A DNA stretch of 64,000 bases from Saccostrea echinata (taxonomy: Eukaryota). Positions 23,141 to 35,635 of this stretch are shown in pieces. The notes beneath the pieces are model-generated. The model did not search any database, was not told the origin of the DNA, and saw only the letters and a list, made by a program, of their open reading frames with translations. The position numbers and the translations under genes were made by a program. The first letter of the stretch is position 1; each line of letters opens with the position of its first letter. The stretch is from contig NW_026889765.1 in NCBI RefSeq assembly GCF_033153115.1, forward strand, positions 28,396,001-28,460,000, in the 5' to 3' direction.

Positions 23141-24609
23141 TCAGTGTGACATGGCGTCTTTGATCTCTTCATTTGCGAAACTGATGGCAGATTCAATGGT
23201 TTTCAGACCTGTTTGGAGAGCGTGATTGATTTTCGTCTCAAGAACATCTGTAAATGATTAAAAATATTTTGTATATCTTATTCCGTGCCATACACATACA
23301 AAAACGGCGATTTTGGGGATATCTAAAACGTATACCTTTCTGAAGGGAAGAATTTACAATATTGTGTAAATTTCCAACGATATTGTTGACAGCACTCCCA
23401 AGTGACGTCACTACCTGTAAGACAATAAGATTGATTTTAGTAACAGGTACTATAGTGAATTAATTATTAATAACTAAAATGCCTAGAGGTTTCAGGAAAA
23501 AGAGACATCATTCTCTCGACGAAACCGACCTGTTTGAGTGCATTAGTTTTATGCTGAAGGTAGGAAGCTAACTTTTCGTCTGCTTTGGTAGCCCTCAAAT
23601 TGTAAGTTGCCAGAAACTCAGCGATGTCCTGTCTAGCCTTCTTGATAAGTAAATCTTGCTGTTCGTGGTGTTTCGCTTTCATACAGAATAAAAAGCGTTC
23701 TTTGAACCAAAGTTGACAAAAGGAAAATGCGTCATTATTAACGACTATATCACATCACACTGTTTTTATGTAAAATTTAGGAGCAAGTGTAAATTTTCTC
23801 TGGTATTGCTTGAACTGTATTTGTATGAAAGAGAAAACCCAAATGCTAATTTTTTAACAGTTGAACCAAAAAAGTACAAATTTAAAGCTTGCCGATGAGT
23901 TGAAGTATATTTTCTGGCAATTTCAGTTCGTCTGAAGAAACCCGAAGTGCATTGAAGAGTTTCTCAGTCTGGCTTTGAATCTGTGAAATCGTGTTTATAG
24001 CTGTTTCAAATATCGATTTCGTGACATAGGGCACACTATGGGAATAGAACAATAAAATTCATATATAGACTCCTTAGTGGAACAACAATTACTGATTATG
24101 ACAAATGTGCATAAAATATTGTGTACAGTATATATATCCTTAAATTTCCAACAAAGTCTGGAATATAGCGGTTGTACAAAAATTATGCGAGACGCATGAG
24201 TAGAATATTCATACCCTGTTGGCTTCTTTTCAAGTCGATCCAGATCTGCAAGAATTGAAAATGCACATAAAGTGCAGCATGCAAAATGCACATAAAGTTT
24301 CTGAGTGAAACGTCAGCGGGTTACATCTAGTATTTTGAAGTAGGTAGAGTTGCATAATGAGGAAAAGTGGAAGACACCAATACACGACAAGGTACTAGTA
24401 TATGTTAAACATAAGAACTACATACATTCAAAGGCCTGGCTGATGGCGGATGGGAGGTGGTTCTCTGCGTTTTGTATTAAGATTTTGACACTGTCCAAGC
24501 CTCTCTCCAGCGCATCATTAAATTTATCCACCGCACCAGTGAGATCCGCCCCCGAAGACAGACACTGACATTGCAGGATGGCCAATCCCAACAAAGTCAC
24601 CAGCAACAT
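23141..24609 (-). CDS. Uncharacterised secreted alpha-helical protein (237 aa, 6 coding exons)
   Basis: Exons 24609-24426, 24245-24215, 24035-23893, 23699-23530, 23414-23336 and 23247-23141 (714 nt, phase-consistent; intron 3 has a GC donor). Signal-peptide-like MLLVTLLGLAILQCQCLSSGA is followed by amphipathic helices ending ..SAISFANEEIKDAMSH*. Confidence 0.75.
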
Positions 24610-27565
24610 CTACAAAAATAATGTTATGCATTGTTTTCTTATCATCGCTTCCTATTACTTTAAATTTTTGAATTGATATTTTTAAAGTGAATAACCACAT
24701 ACACATATTTATGTACGTTACTATAAATCAACACACTTTCTAAAACATCACTCTCCTGACCCCAAAACCATAAGCTGAGAACAGACGTAAGTCAAAATTT
24801 TAATTCTGTATAACTTTTGAAAAGATCATGAAAAATATACCAAATTTTCATTGAGTATTTGACAAAATTGCAACTCTTCAAGCATGTTTGTTGAAATAAA
24901 ATCAAGACATTCAGAATCTGAATTTTGACTTAGATCTGTTCTCAGTTTATGGTCTTGGGGCCTGGAAACATTTGCTGTATGTCTTGGGCAGATATTGCTG
25001 ACATGTATGTCTGCTTCAAACATTGATACAAAGTTTCTGCAATTGAACTTAAACTTACTGTGACAACTGTACAAAGCCTTTATCTGTTGAATGAGTGAAG
25101 CAAGTACATGTATGTATAACCAGTTAGATTTTGGTTATAAAGTTATAAAAGTAATTCCTGGACTATATCCGCTGTTTAAAGGCAAACGGGGAAGAAGGAA
25201 TGTTGGCGGTTAATACAGTAGCGGCGCTGTGGGGCCGTAATGCAAGGTAAACGAAAAAGGTGCCGTATTCCTTATGGTCTTCCAATATACAGTCTAAGAA
25301 CTGGTAAAATCAGGTTTCCGAATTTATTGTGGATGATGGTAAATAACAATCAACATGAATTTCAACAATAGCTTACAGGTCTTAACCGAGTTGGATGTGG
25401 CCGGTAGAGCATCGGGCCTCCAAAACTCAAGAATGTATAATGGACATAGCTTTTTGTAAGATAGAGAGTAAACAATAATTGAATTATGACACTAGCTGAG
25501 TTAATTGATAGACAGGTGTGTTTCTTTGATGGAATGGACATAAAAGACATTAATTGCTAAATAATTATATAAACAAAGTTATTGATATTAGATTAACAGG
25601 TCCTGAGGCATTTACACCTTAAACGAGTATCAATTATTTTAACACGTCACTTAAAGTCAATTGGAATGTCTTCATTCTGTTTCAAAGAGAATGAGATTCA
25701 ATCAACTAAATAATAGACACACAATGATAACAGATAGAGAATTTAAGAGATAAATGTCCAAATTTAGTAAAATATATTTAAAGAGTTATTTATTTCAAAA
25801 ATGTTAATTTTGCTCGGTGATATATGCAGCATGCAAATGAGGTTTGCTGCAGACAGCAAACATGGGATTCTCCAAATATGGAAACCTTGCTGCTAATTTG
25901 ATGCAAAGATTGTTGCAAACTTGCAGCAAACATTCTGTTCAATAAATATCTTTGAAACATTTCAGCGTGTTAGTTGCGAGCTCGCAGAAAATCTTTGCTC
26001 TGATCTTTATGATACGGAGGACTCAACCATCAAACATATTTAAAAATAATATGTTATTTGATGCCATTTTCGGAAGTCTTAACAGTTTAAATTAATAGAT
26101 AGTTTTTCTATTGGACGTGTGATCTATTATATGCATTGTACGAGTACATGTATAATACTATCCAGAGAATATACAGAAGGTTTGGGTCATTTGATCCTTA
26201 CACAAATCTATAAACCACAGCATCGACAATATATGACTAGCAATTCAAGCAGCTTCATAAATTATTCATGAACCAATATCAAGAGACTATGTGGAACACA
26301 AACCTCGTGTAAGGGAGGGGGTTGTCTTATGATTAATTTTCCAGCGATTATCCTACAGTCCATCTTTTTTTGGGGGGTGGGGGTGGGGGAGATGTTGAAA
26401 TCTACAGTTATTTTGCTTATTTAAGGAAGATCTTAACACTGTTCATTGAAGAGTTCTAATTCTGTAGTTTTTTTTTTAAACATCCTTATTCTTTTATCAG
26501 ACCAAGATAAACTTATTAAAAACATTAGTCATATGTATTTTCCTAATGTAAGTGAACGGTGATTTCCGTTTACTAATGGTTCATTGTTTTTGAACATTTT
26601 TCTTGGTCGGACTCTGAGAAATATGGCAGGTACTCTGTGTTGAAATTAAACTAATAATACTTTAATAAACAGTATGCACACCTTTACATGATACAATTTA
26701 CTCAAAGTAATAAAGGCATTTTTATGAGAGTTTATAAATCTTCCTTGAAACTGAGTTATGTTTGAGAGGGAGAGAAAAATCAGGTTTCCTTCTGGTTAAA
26801 ACATTTCTGAATTTATAATTTTATCATATACTCACGGTTTCAAGCAGATAGTTCGAGTTAATATCTTGGGACTAACTTGTTATCTTTAATTGGTTGAAAA
26901 CTCCTTGCAGACCGTATACATTGTAAAATATCTTATCATAGTTTTACACGCGCGTCCTCGTGTCTGTATGCTTGCCGACGTGGTGCATAATCCAGATTGG
27001 TTCGAATACAGCTGAAGACAGAGAAAGATGCATTTGGAAATGTGTCAGTGATGATTCTGCAAGGTGCTACAAACAGACTTTGCGTTGGAAAGACTTTAAA
27101 AATATTTTGTGGCTTTATTGTGCGCAACACATTTTTTGACTGTTTCTCTAATATTAGGACATTGTTACATGTACTAGACTTTTATTCATACAACCTCATA
27201 TATATGTACATGAAAACAGTTGTGTCATTAAACTATTAATAGCTTATATAAAAAAAACCCTGAAAAAAATAGCCAAAGTATTTTATAACGAGAATACACG
27301 TATGTGTCAGAATTAACAACTTTTATCATAAACCTATTTTTTTTCCCGCTTTGGATTCTTGCCCCCGCACTCTATGCATGCTTCCTTTCGAACTGATTAA
27401 TGTCATGAACATAGGTCATTGCAGCATTATCGGACAGTTTTCACTTTTACTGTGGAATACCTTCCCGTTGATTTAACTTTTTATTTAACTCTTTTGATGA
27501 TGATGAACAGTAAAGTTTAAATTCTCCCGACGATTTTGATGTAAGGAGGTGTGGGGGTGGGGGGT

Positions 27566-27724
27566 NNNNNNNNNNNNNNNNNNNNNNNNNNNNNNNNNNN
27601 NNNNNNNNNNNNNNNNNNNNNNNNNNNNNNNNNNNNNNNNNNNNNNNNNNNNNNNNNNNNNNNNNNNNNNNNNNNNNNNNNNNNNNNNNNNNNNNNNNNN
27701 NNNNNNNNNNNNNNNNNNNNNNNN
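27566..27724. other. Assembly gap (N run)
   Basis: Run of N characters. Confidence 1.
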
Positions 27725-28196
27725 GGTTATTTCACATTTTAAGTAGCATATCATACTTCTGAAAGTCACCTGGCGCCGATTTATTAAGAATCTTATACCG
27801 GTTAGCCAATTTCTCACGGTATGAAAAGTTTTCAGCCGACGACGGGTATTGTAACGGATCATGATTAATTCTCCCCATGGCGTTTTTCAGCAAGTTTTTC
27901 AACCTTTGAGGACTTGTATTGCCATGAATGTGCTTAAGGAACTATGAGTTAGTATTTGATTTAAAGAATACGAATATTCAACTTTAAAGCCATATTTCGA
28001 AAGGTAGGTTTTTCTGATTGCTTAATCTTGTTACGGCTATTATTTTTAAATAAAACTTTGGAGCGTATAAGTTAGTGCTAAGAAGTACGTGTAAGAACAA
28101 CAGTATTGGTATTTCTAGTAATGATAATTATTATGACATGCTTTTCTCTGGAGTCAATAAAATAAAAGCCTTAGTCGACCCATCGTATGGAATAAT

Positions 28197-29225
28197 AACA
28201 AGAGGCTCATGAGCCTGACCGCTCACCTGAGTGACAATGGTCCTGCTATTCTTCAGTAAATTTTTAATAGATTGTTTTCCTCTGTATCCTGAAGAAAATG
28301 ATTGTGGCTGCACTCCTCTTCCTGTGACCATGTTTTAAGTAAACTTTAATCTGCACTATAGCCTGAGGATGCTAGCATATCATTATGACAATCATAGTAC
28401 CTCTTGACTATGACTATTACACAATATAAAACTTACCTCCCGTATAGTAGCCCAATCCTTTTCCCCAGGGATCATTATTTGATGTTTTTGAGAGGACGTC
28501 TTTTTTTCCGAAGATTTCGTCCTATATCAATATATATTCCTATGAAAAAAAAAATCATCCTCTATTAATAGAGGATCATTTTTTCCATAGGAATATATAG
28601 GACAAAATCTTAATTGTGGCCCGTCCCTACCCCCGCAGTTTATAAAAGGATGCTTGCGTATTAATATGACTCATCATGGCCTTGCTTTTTTGGAGAATGG
28701 GGTTTTAAAAGATTTTACCTCACCTTGCCGGCGTCCCAGTTAAAGTTTTAGGAGGCCGCGCAAGTCATTCCCATGTAACTATAAGTCCTATCGGTACCAA
28801 ACTTGCATGGGTGATACATCTAGGGATGTGCACTAATAGACATGCTTCAGATGCTGGATCTGACCTAAATTTTCTGGTTGAGTGACCAGGTGAGAGTTTT
28901 TGAAGAAATCCATTCCCAAGTAACTATAAGCCCTGTGGTGACAAAACTCGGAAGCATAATGCATCAAGAGATGCACACTACCTAAATGCCTCGGATGATG
29001 GATCTGACCAGTCCTACATTTCCTTGAAGAGTAACCAGTTAAAGTTTTTTTGAACATGTCTCATTCCCAAGTAACTATAAGTTCTATCTGTACCAAACTT
29101 GCATGGGTAGTGCATCTAGCAGCTGTCTGGGGATGTACACTAATCAGACTTGCTTCAGATGCTGGATCTGACCTACATTTCCTGGAAGAGTGACCAGGTT
29201 AGAGTTTTTGGAGCAGATCCATTCA
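28197..29225. mobile_element. Decayed HINE fragment(s) plus ~3 x 150-bp tandem repeat
   Basis: HINE-type left end AACAAGAGGCTCATGAGCCTGACCGCTCACCTGAG and degenerate satellite units to ~28715. Three GTAACTATAAG..GGATCTGACC units at ~28765-29222. Confidence 0.6.
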
Positions 29226-29428
29226 AACATATTTTCTGGAAACGCGAAAAAAAAAAACCCCACCAGCTATGCTTTTTCTAATTGAAAATTGATCAACAAA
29301 TATTATAATTTTGGGATAAAAACCATAGATATATATCCCGCCATTCGGAGAAAATTGCATGTTTTTTTTATACTTACGTATATAGTATTTTAGGTCTTCT
29401 ATTTACATCAATAGTTATTACATGTATG

Positions 29429-29990
29429 TAGTCCAAAGTATCTGAGGTTTTCCGTACTTTTTTTTCACGATTTTTGATATTTTACGTGCCAGGAAAACGT
29501 CAGAACCGGCGCCATTACGAAAACTGGAAATTTTGTCGTCTCCAACCAGAGTTGATTTTCGATACTTGCGAACCGAATTATATGCCAAACCAACAATTTA
29601 TCAATAGATGAATGCTTCTAGTACTCACTGATATCGATGAAAAGAAAATATCACTCCACATTTGATACAGGACTTGCAAGATTTTAAAATGCACGAAATG
29701 AAAACAAATCTCGACAATCAGATAAAATGTTTTCATCGGATTATATGTTATATAAACTAACCATAAAAACGATGTTGGTGAGTACTAAAAGTATTGTACT
29801 ATTGATATGTTGTGAGTTTGACATTTAATTCGGTCAGCAAGTATCGAAAATCAACCCGAGAACGCCACCTCCAGTTGGAGGCGGCGAATTCCCAGTTTTC
29901 GTAATGGCGCCGGTTCCAACGTTTTCCTGGCACGTAAATATCAAATCGTTAAAAAAAAAAACCCAGGAAAACGTCAGATATTTCGGACTA
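29429..29990. mobile_element. Long-TIR MITE with a perfect 9-bp TSD (AcademH- or MULE-type)
   Basis: TAGTCCAAAGTATCTGA.. / ..TCAGATATTTCGGACTA, with arms pairing over >150 bp. ACATGTATG at 29420-29428 and 29991-29999. Confidence 0.85.
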
Positions 29991-30513
29991 ACATGTATGA
30001 TACATAGTATCAAAAGCTTCCAAGACATCACAGATCACTCCTATCATATCCTGCTAATAAGCATTGGTTTCTAAAGGAAATTCGATTTCTCTAAAATGTA
30101 TTTATTTTTGGGTAGTTTTATATAGCGTACAAATGTCAACTTTTTACAAGTCTTTTTTTTAAGATTTCAAAGAATCTTGCATCATATTGAGATGCATGAA
30201 ATGAACATTTCTGCACGAAAAGATTTCAATTTTAGGCTTCATTTTAAGACTTTAAATTAAATAATAATTTTAAGAGTTATCATTCCTGGCTGAGGAGCGG
30301 ATATCCCTAAGTACCATATGTTATTGACATGTTACCATATGTTATTAGCTGTATAAGGTTTTGACCACGTGTATATATATTAACCATCTCCCACCAACAT
30401 TGTCAATATTAAACCATTTCTTGTTTGTTTGTTTTTTCACAGTGCAGCAACCAAAAAGAATATCATACACACATACACCGGGCCCAAGTATAGAGTGCAG
30501 AAACAGAGGAATA

Positions 30514-32049
30514 ATGGGGAAAATGTTTCAAGCAGTTACTATGGATTTAGATATGATATCGTTCCTCATCTCCACTTCCATATATATTATTTGTGGGACG
30601 ATTGGCAACACACTTGTTATAGCCGTTTACTTATCTAGAAAAAGACAATTTCCAAGACGAGCCTACATCCTGAGTCTGGCGATCACAGACCTTGTAATAA
30701 TGGTGCTTGTCGCCCCCTACACCATTGTGTTTCAGTTACGACTGGTGACAAGCAGTTTTGCTTGTCACGCGTTCGAAGTGTTTCGTCATGCAGCCATTGG
30801 GTTTTCTAATCTTATCCTCATTTTGATAGCTTGGGAACGCTTAATGATGGTATGGAGGCCCCTGAAAGCTATGGAATCTACAACCAAACTCTCCTTCATG
30901 ATAGGGTTTCTGTTATTTGCCATTCTTTGTGCCAGCCCTGCTGCTCTTGTTTATAATGTAAGTTACCACAACAGTACCCAGTCTGGAAATGGAACGCAGA
31001 CACAGCAAAAATACTGTGCTCATACAACAAGCATATTAGGAAAACAGAAAACTTTATGGTACAGAAATTTGATTTCTTTTTTGATGGGAGTGGAATTTTT
31101 AATTTTGATAACAACTTATATTCTTGTCTATGTACTTATCTATCGACATAGGAAAAGGGCTCCACGAGCATATGTAGGATCAAATATTAAAAATCGTGTA
31201 CAGAAGCAAGATTCAAATGAAAGTCAAACACGCAGTGCTTGTCCTATCGACAATGACAGAGTAGAAGACCGTGGTGAATTAAACATTGTCTCAACCCCAT
31301 TATGTCAAGTCGAGAGGACAGATTCTGAAGAAGTTGACACAGACGTCAAAGAACGGTCTTTTGCAAGGGTTGAATCTACTCCATTACGTCAAGTCGAAGA
31401 CTCAGATTCTATAGAGATTGCGACGGATGAAAATTTAGTTTCAAGAAAATCAAAAATATCCAACGGAAAACAAGAGAATAAACTGGAAACCATCTACCCG
31501 GAGAAAGATTCTGAAAATGATGACATTGCTCAAGAAAACTCTTCGCCGAAAGATCTGCAAAGCTTTGGACACAAAGGTGCAGAATCGAAAACGATCGACC
31601 TAGAAAGAACGTCAGTATCGGAGGAAAGTGAAAATCACCGAGAATCAGCGTGTCTTAATGGTGACCAGTTATGCCAAGGTAATAATTCGGTATCTTCACC
31701 ACTCAAGGGATCACAGAAAAGGCAAAACTCAACAAATTCTAGAATCCTCGCATCCGCCCAGAAAAGACCTACGATGCAAGCGAAAACGTGGACCATGTTA
31801 ACCATCTGTACATTTTTGTACGTAATTTGTTGGATTCCCTATTCTTTCTACGCTTTTGAAGTAACCAGTGGATTAATATTCCAGTACTCCTTTTTCATTG
31901 GGCATGCGTCAAATCCTATCATATACAGTGTTGTTAATGTCAGGGTTAGGAGGGGGATCAAAGAATTGTTTTCTAGAAAATCACACAAAAGGACAAGAGG
32001 CATAGTGCATACTAGTAGTACTAACGCTTCAACGTCATCGAACGTTTGA
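30514..32049 (+). CDS. Class A (rhodopsin-like) GPCR, peptide-receptor-like orphan, 511 aa from ATG 30514
   Basis: TM1 GTIGNTLV, TM2 LAITD, TM3 C..AWERL, an ECL2 Cys, TM6 CWIPY and TM7 SNPIIY, with a ~200-aa polar ICL3. An acceptor TTTTCACAG ends at 30442. The frame is open from the acceptor, so an upstream coding exon is possible. Confidence 0.9.
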   Translation: MGKMFQAVTMDLDMISFLISTSIYIICGTIGNTLVIAVYLSRKRQFPRRAYILSLAITDLVIMVLVAPYTIVFQLRLVTSSFACHAFEVFRHAAIGFSNLILILIAWERLMMVWRPLKAMESTTKLSFMIGFLLFAILCASPAALVYNVSYHNSTQSGNGTQTQQKYCAHTTSILGKQKTLWYRNLISFLMGVEFLILITTYILVYVLIYRHRKRAPRAYVGSNIKNRVQKQDSNESQTRSACPIDNDRVEDRGELNIVSTPLCQVERTDSEEVDTDVKERSFARVESTPLRQVEDSDSIEIATDENLVSRKSKISNGKQENKLETIYPEKDSENDDIAQENSSPKDLQSFGHKGAESKTIDLERTSVSEESENHRESACLNGDQLCQGNNSVSSPLKGSQKRQNSTNSRILASAQKRPTMQAKTWTMLTICTFLYVICWIPYSFYAFEVTSGLIFQYSFFIGHASNPIIYSVVNVRVRRGIKELFSRKSHKRTRGIVHTSSTNASTSSNV

Positions 32050-33049
32050 ATCTGCAACCATGCATGAAAAAATACTACTCGTATTAGGAAGAACGCTTCA
32101 GCGCCATCGACCATTGGAATCTGCAACCATGCATGAAAAAAATAGAGGAACAAAAAACATGTATATGTTTAAATATCGGCCTGAAAGTGCTAGTGATATT
32201 TGGCACAATGAGATTTTTGAATTTCTGCTTCAAAGTTTATCATTAAAAAACCAAAAAATATGTGCTTTGTTTTATCTTAATTCTAAAAAAAGAACTTAAA
32301 AAAAAACGTTAACCAAAGAATTAAATGCAAAACCTGTGTCAGTTTAAGGTTCATTATCCCTGTGGTCACTCAGATAATGTTTTCTTAAAAGTTTATGTTT
32401 TTCCAAAAGAAATCTGATTTATCATTAAAATGCAAACAATTTCAGCATACCTTTCTTTGGCAAAATATGACAGAAATAACATTTTAATTTAGCAATTTCA
32501 TTAAGGAATAATAGACGTTTATCATTTTAAGAGTTATCTCTCTTATCAGAGTATCAGAGAACCTTAAGTGATTTTTAAGTAATCATGTTGTTTTTGAATT
32601 ACTAAGGTGGAGGTGAATGCAAAATTTACAAGATGGCTTATTTTGCATTGTATAGTAAAGAGGGCATACTAGTACAATTTAATGTACATAAATTATATTC
32701 TCCCTCACTATGTTCGTCCGAATATAAAACAATTATATTCTAAGTATGAGAGTAATGAAAAGAACTCATATGTTGAATGGTACTCGCTATAACCTTTTAT
32801 TTTGCATTGCCTTATATAATTATAATATTGATTCAGTCTATTATAAATAATTTTTTCATTAATCAATACATTCAGAACCGTAACATACATAAAATATCAA
32901 ATACATAATGTTTATCTCATTTTTACATATACGTGTATACCCGTAGGTTATAGCGAGACTCGATAATCGAACATGAATGACTGAGGATATATATAGTATG
33001 TGATCACGTGATAAGTATGGAATGCAACGAATTTAATTTTATAAATTCA

Positions 33050-34310
33050 AACAAAAGGCCTCTGGAAGTTATGAACTCTTTCACCAAGATATCCCTTATT
33101 AAAGGGTTTTTTGATATTTGCTCTTCTTTCTTCCAGTCCTGCTGGTTTATAGTGTTAGTTACCACAGCAGTACTCACTCTGAACATGGAACACATACACA
33201 GAAAAATTAGCATACTAGGAAAACAGAAAAATTTACTAACATAATTTTGTTTTCTTTTTGATTGGAGTGGAATTGCTAATTTTGATAACTACGTACATAT
33301 TCTTGTCTATCTGTTTATCTATCGACATCTAGGAAAAAGGTCTCACAAGCGTATTTAGGAATCGTGAGCGAAAGCAAGATTCTAATGTATCAGTCGACCA
33401 CTCTGTGCTCGACCTTTTCGCTGTCTTGGGGACAGATGATGCAAACGAACTTTCTTCAAAAATCATGAAAATTAAAAAGCCATGTTTAAATTAGTAAAAT
33501 GAATAAGTTTAGCCACATAGATTTTAATTTTTCATTCAATTTTCCACAAGTAATGTCCTATACATGTAAAGTGATAAATATTTTGCATATAGATTTATAA
33601 GGTTGACGACAAAAAGGTACACTTTCAAACATCATGGAAAGTTTACAAGTTTTTAACACAATGTATTCTAGAAATTTGATATTATAATTTACAATAAAAA
33701 TGGTCCAAATATATTATACCAAACTAGGCATCAATTTTTTTGTTTGTATCATCTGTCCTTAAGCAAAGTCAAGAAGACAGAATCGAAAGAAGTTCCTGCA
33801 AATGCCAAAGAACCGTTTTCTGCGAGGATTGAATCTACGCCCAATATTACGTCATATCGAGGAAACAGATTCTACAGAGATTGCTACGGATGATATTTTG
33901 ATTCGAGAAAATAATAAAAAAAAAATATTGTCAAATAAAATCTGCAACATGACTACATTAAAATAATTATATTGCAGATTTATTTGACAAAATATGTCAA
34001 AAAGGACGATATCCTCTAGAAAACAGGAGGATAGCTTAGAGACGGTATACCTGGAAAAGAAAAGAATCTGATAATTTAGTGTTTACTCGACAAAGGATTT
34101 GCAAAGTTCTGGACATGCAGTCACATAGATGCTGAATCGAACACGATCGATCAAGACTGTCGACAAGAATAGAGGAGGGTGATCGTCACCGAGTGTGTCT
34201 CGATGGCGACCAGATAAGTCAAGGTGATAATCCATTGTCTCCTCCAACATCCATGGGATTACAGACAAGTGCTTGATTTCATAGCAATGTACCAATCATC
34301 ACCCGAGAAT
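33050..34310 (+). pseudogene. Decayed tandem duplicate of the adjacent GPCR (TM4-TM5-ICL3 region)
   Basis: Colinear matches: 33050-33180 to 30855-30985, 33190-33390 to 31020-31220 (e.g. AGCATACTAGGAAAACAGAAAA, GGAGTGGAATT..TAATTTTGATAAC), and 33755-33905 plus 34010-34310 to ICL3. Many frameshifts and AT-rich insertions. Confidence 0.85.
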
Positions 34311-35635
34311 GAACACTAGCAAGCGGTTGGAATTTGAGTGCAAGTAAAATATTTAGTTATAAATTACCACATACTTTTCACCCAAACATATTTTTGCCTG
34401 AAGAGCTATGGAGAATTTGTTAAAACTCAAAAATTTCTACCAGACTGTTAATAATTGGATGACACAGATTCATGCTTTGGAATGGGGAATAATCCCCCTA
34501 GATTTGCCACGTCAAAATCTTTCTATATAAAAAAATTACTAGCAAATTTTAACGTTTATTTGACGTTGGTGAATTCTCTTCACCTTCTGCTTCCCAAGAG
34601 ATCAAAAAGAGTTATTCTGAAGGTATATTTACCGTACTTATAGGTTTCAAGATAAAGATGAGATTCAAACTTATATCCACCTATTTTTGACATATATGAT
34701 TTTGGTGTTGGGGATACCAAAGTTTAACTTAACAAATAGAGATAAAAAAGACACTAGTCATATAATTATTATCTGACAGGTTTATTTCAAAAAGAACATG
34801 TAAAAAAAAATTATTTCATTAAAAAATAATCTCCTAAAATAATAAACATCATTGTAATAGCAAAAGGAAAAGATACAAAGATTTGAATATTAAATAAAGA
34901 ATAAAAAAATATAAATATCACAGTTTGAATCAAATAATGAGCAAGACTCCTTATGCTACTGATTTACCCTTGAGAGAGGAGGACGAGGTGCGAATTAAAA
35001 TTAATTACAAAGTGCGTAGAGGCCAATCCTAAGTATTGTGCATTGAAAATTAACACCAGTACGTAATATATGCTAAATTAACTATGTAAAACTGCTTTCT
35101 TTCATGTTTACATTTGTAAAAAAAAAAAAAATAAAATCTTTAATCCAATTACCACAGCCATATTTTGCATTATTTCTAAAATTTTCTCAATATCTACGGT
35201 AAATTTTACATTACTTCACTATCTGAGAGAGATATTAAAACAAAGAGGATTTTTTTGGCTCTAAAACCATACTACAATCATGGGTGAAATAAGTCCAAGT
35301 GTTTGTTTATGGTTATCCTTGATGATATGTAGTAATGGAAGTACCATGAGGTAGATGATTGGGAAAAACAATACAAATGACAGTCATGTTACTAGTAGGA
35401 TAAACGTTTGATTTTCCTCCATATATGAATGAATAATTAAAAATAAAAAATTAATCAAATCTAAATCAAAATCAAATTAAACAATAATGTAAATATATGA
35501 CACAAAATGTACTGGAATTTCTTGATCAGATGAAACAGAATCATTGAGTATACTATAGTATCAAAAGAAACCTTGCTATTAGCTCTTCGTCAAGAATAAT
35601 AAGAATTATTTTTCATTAATGACATTTATTTGTCA

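Noticed and set aside
30361-30513. 562-aa GPCR starting at TTG 30361, as in the ORF track
   Set aside because: It is a non-ATG start, and the segment contains a polypyrimidine tract and AG acceptor (30442), so the first part is intronic.
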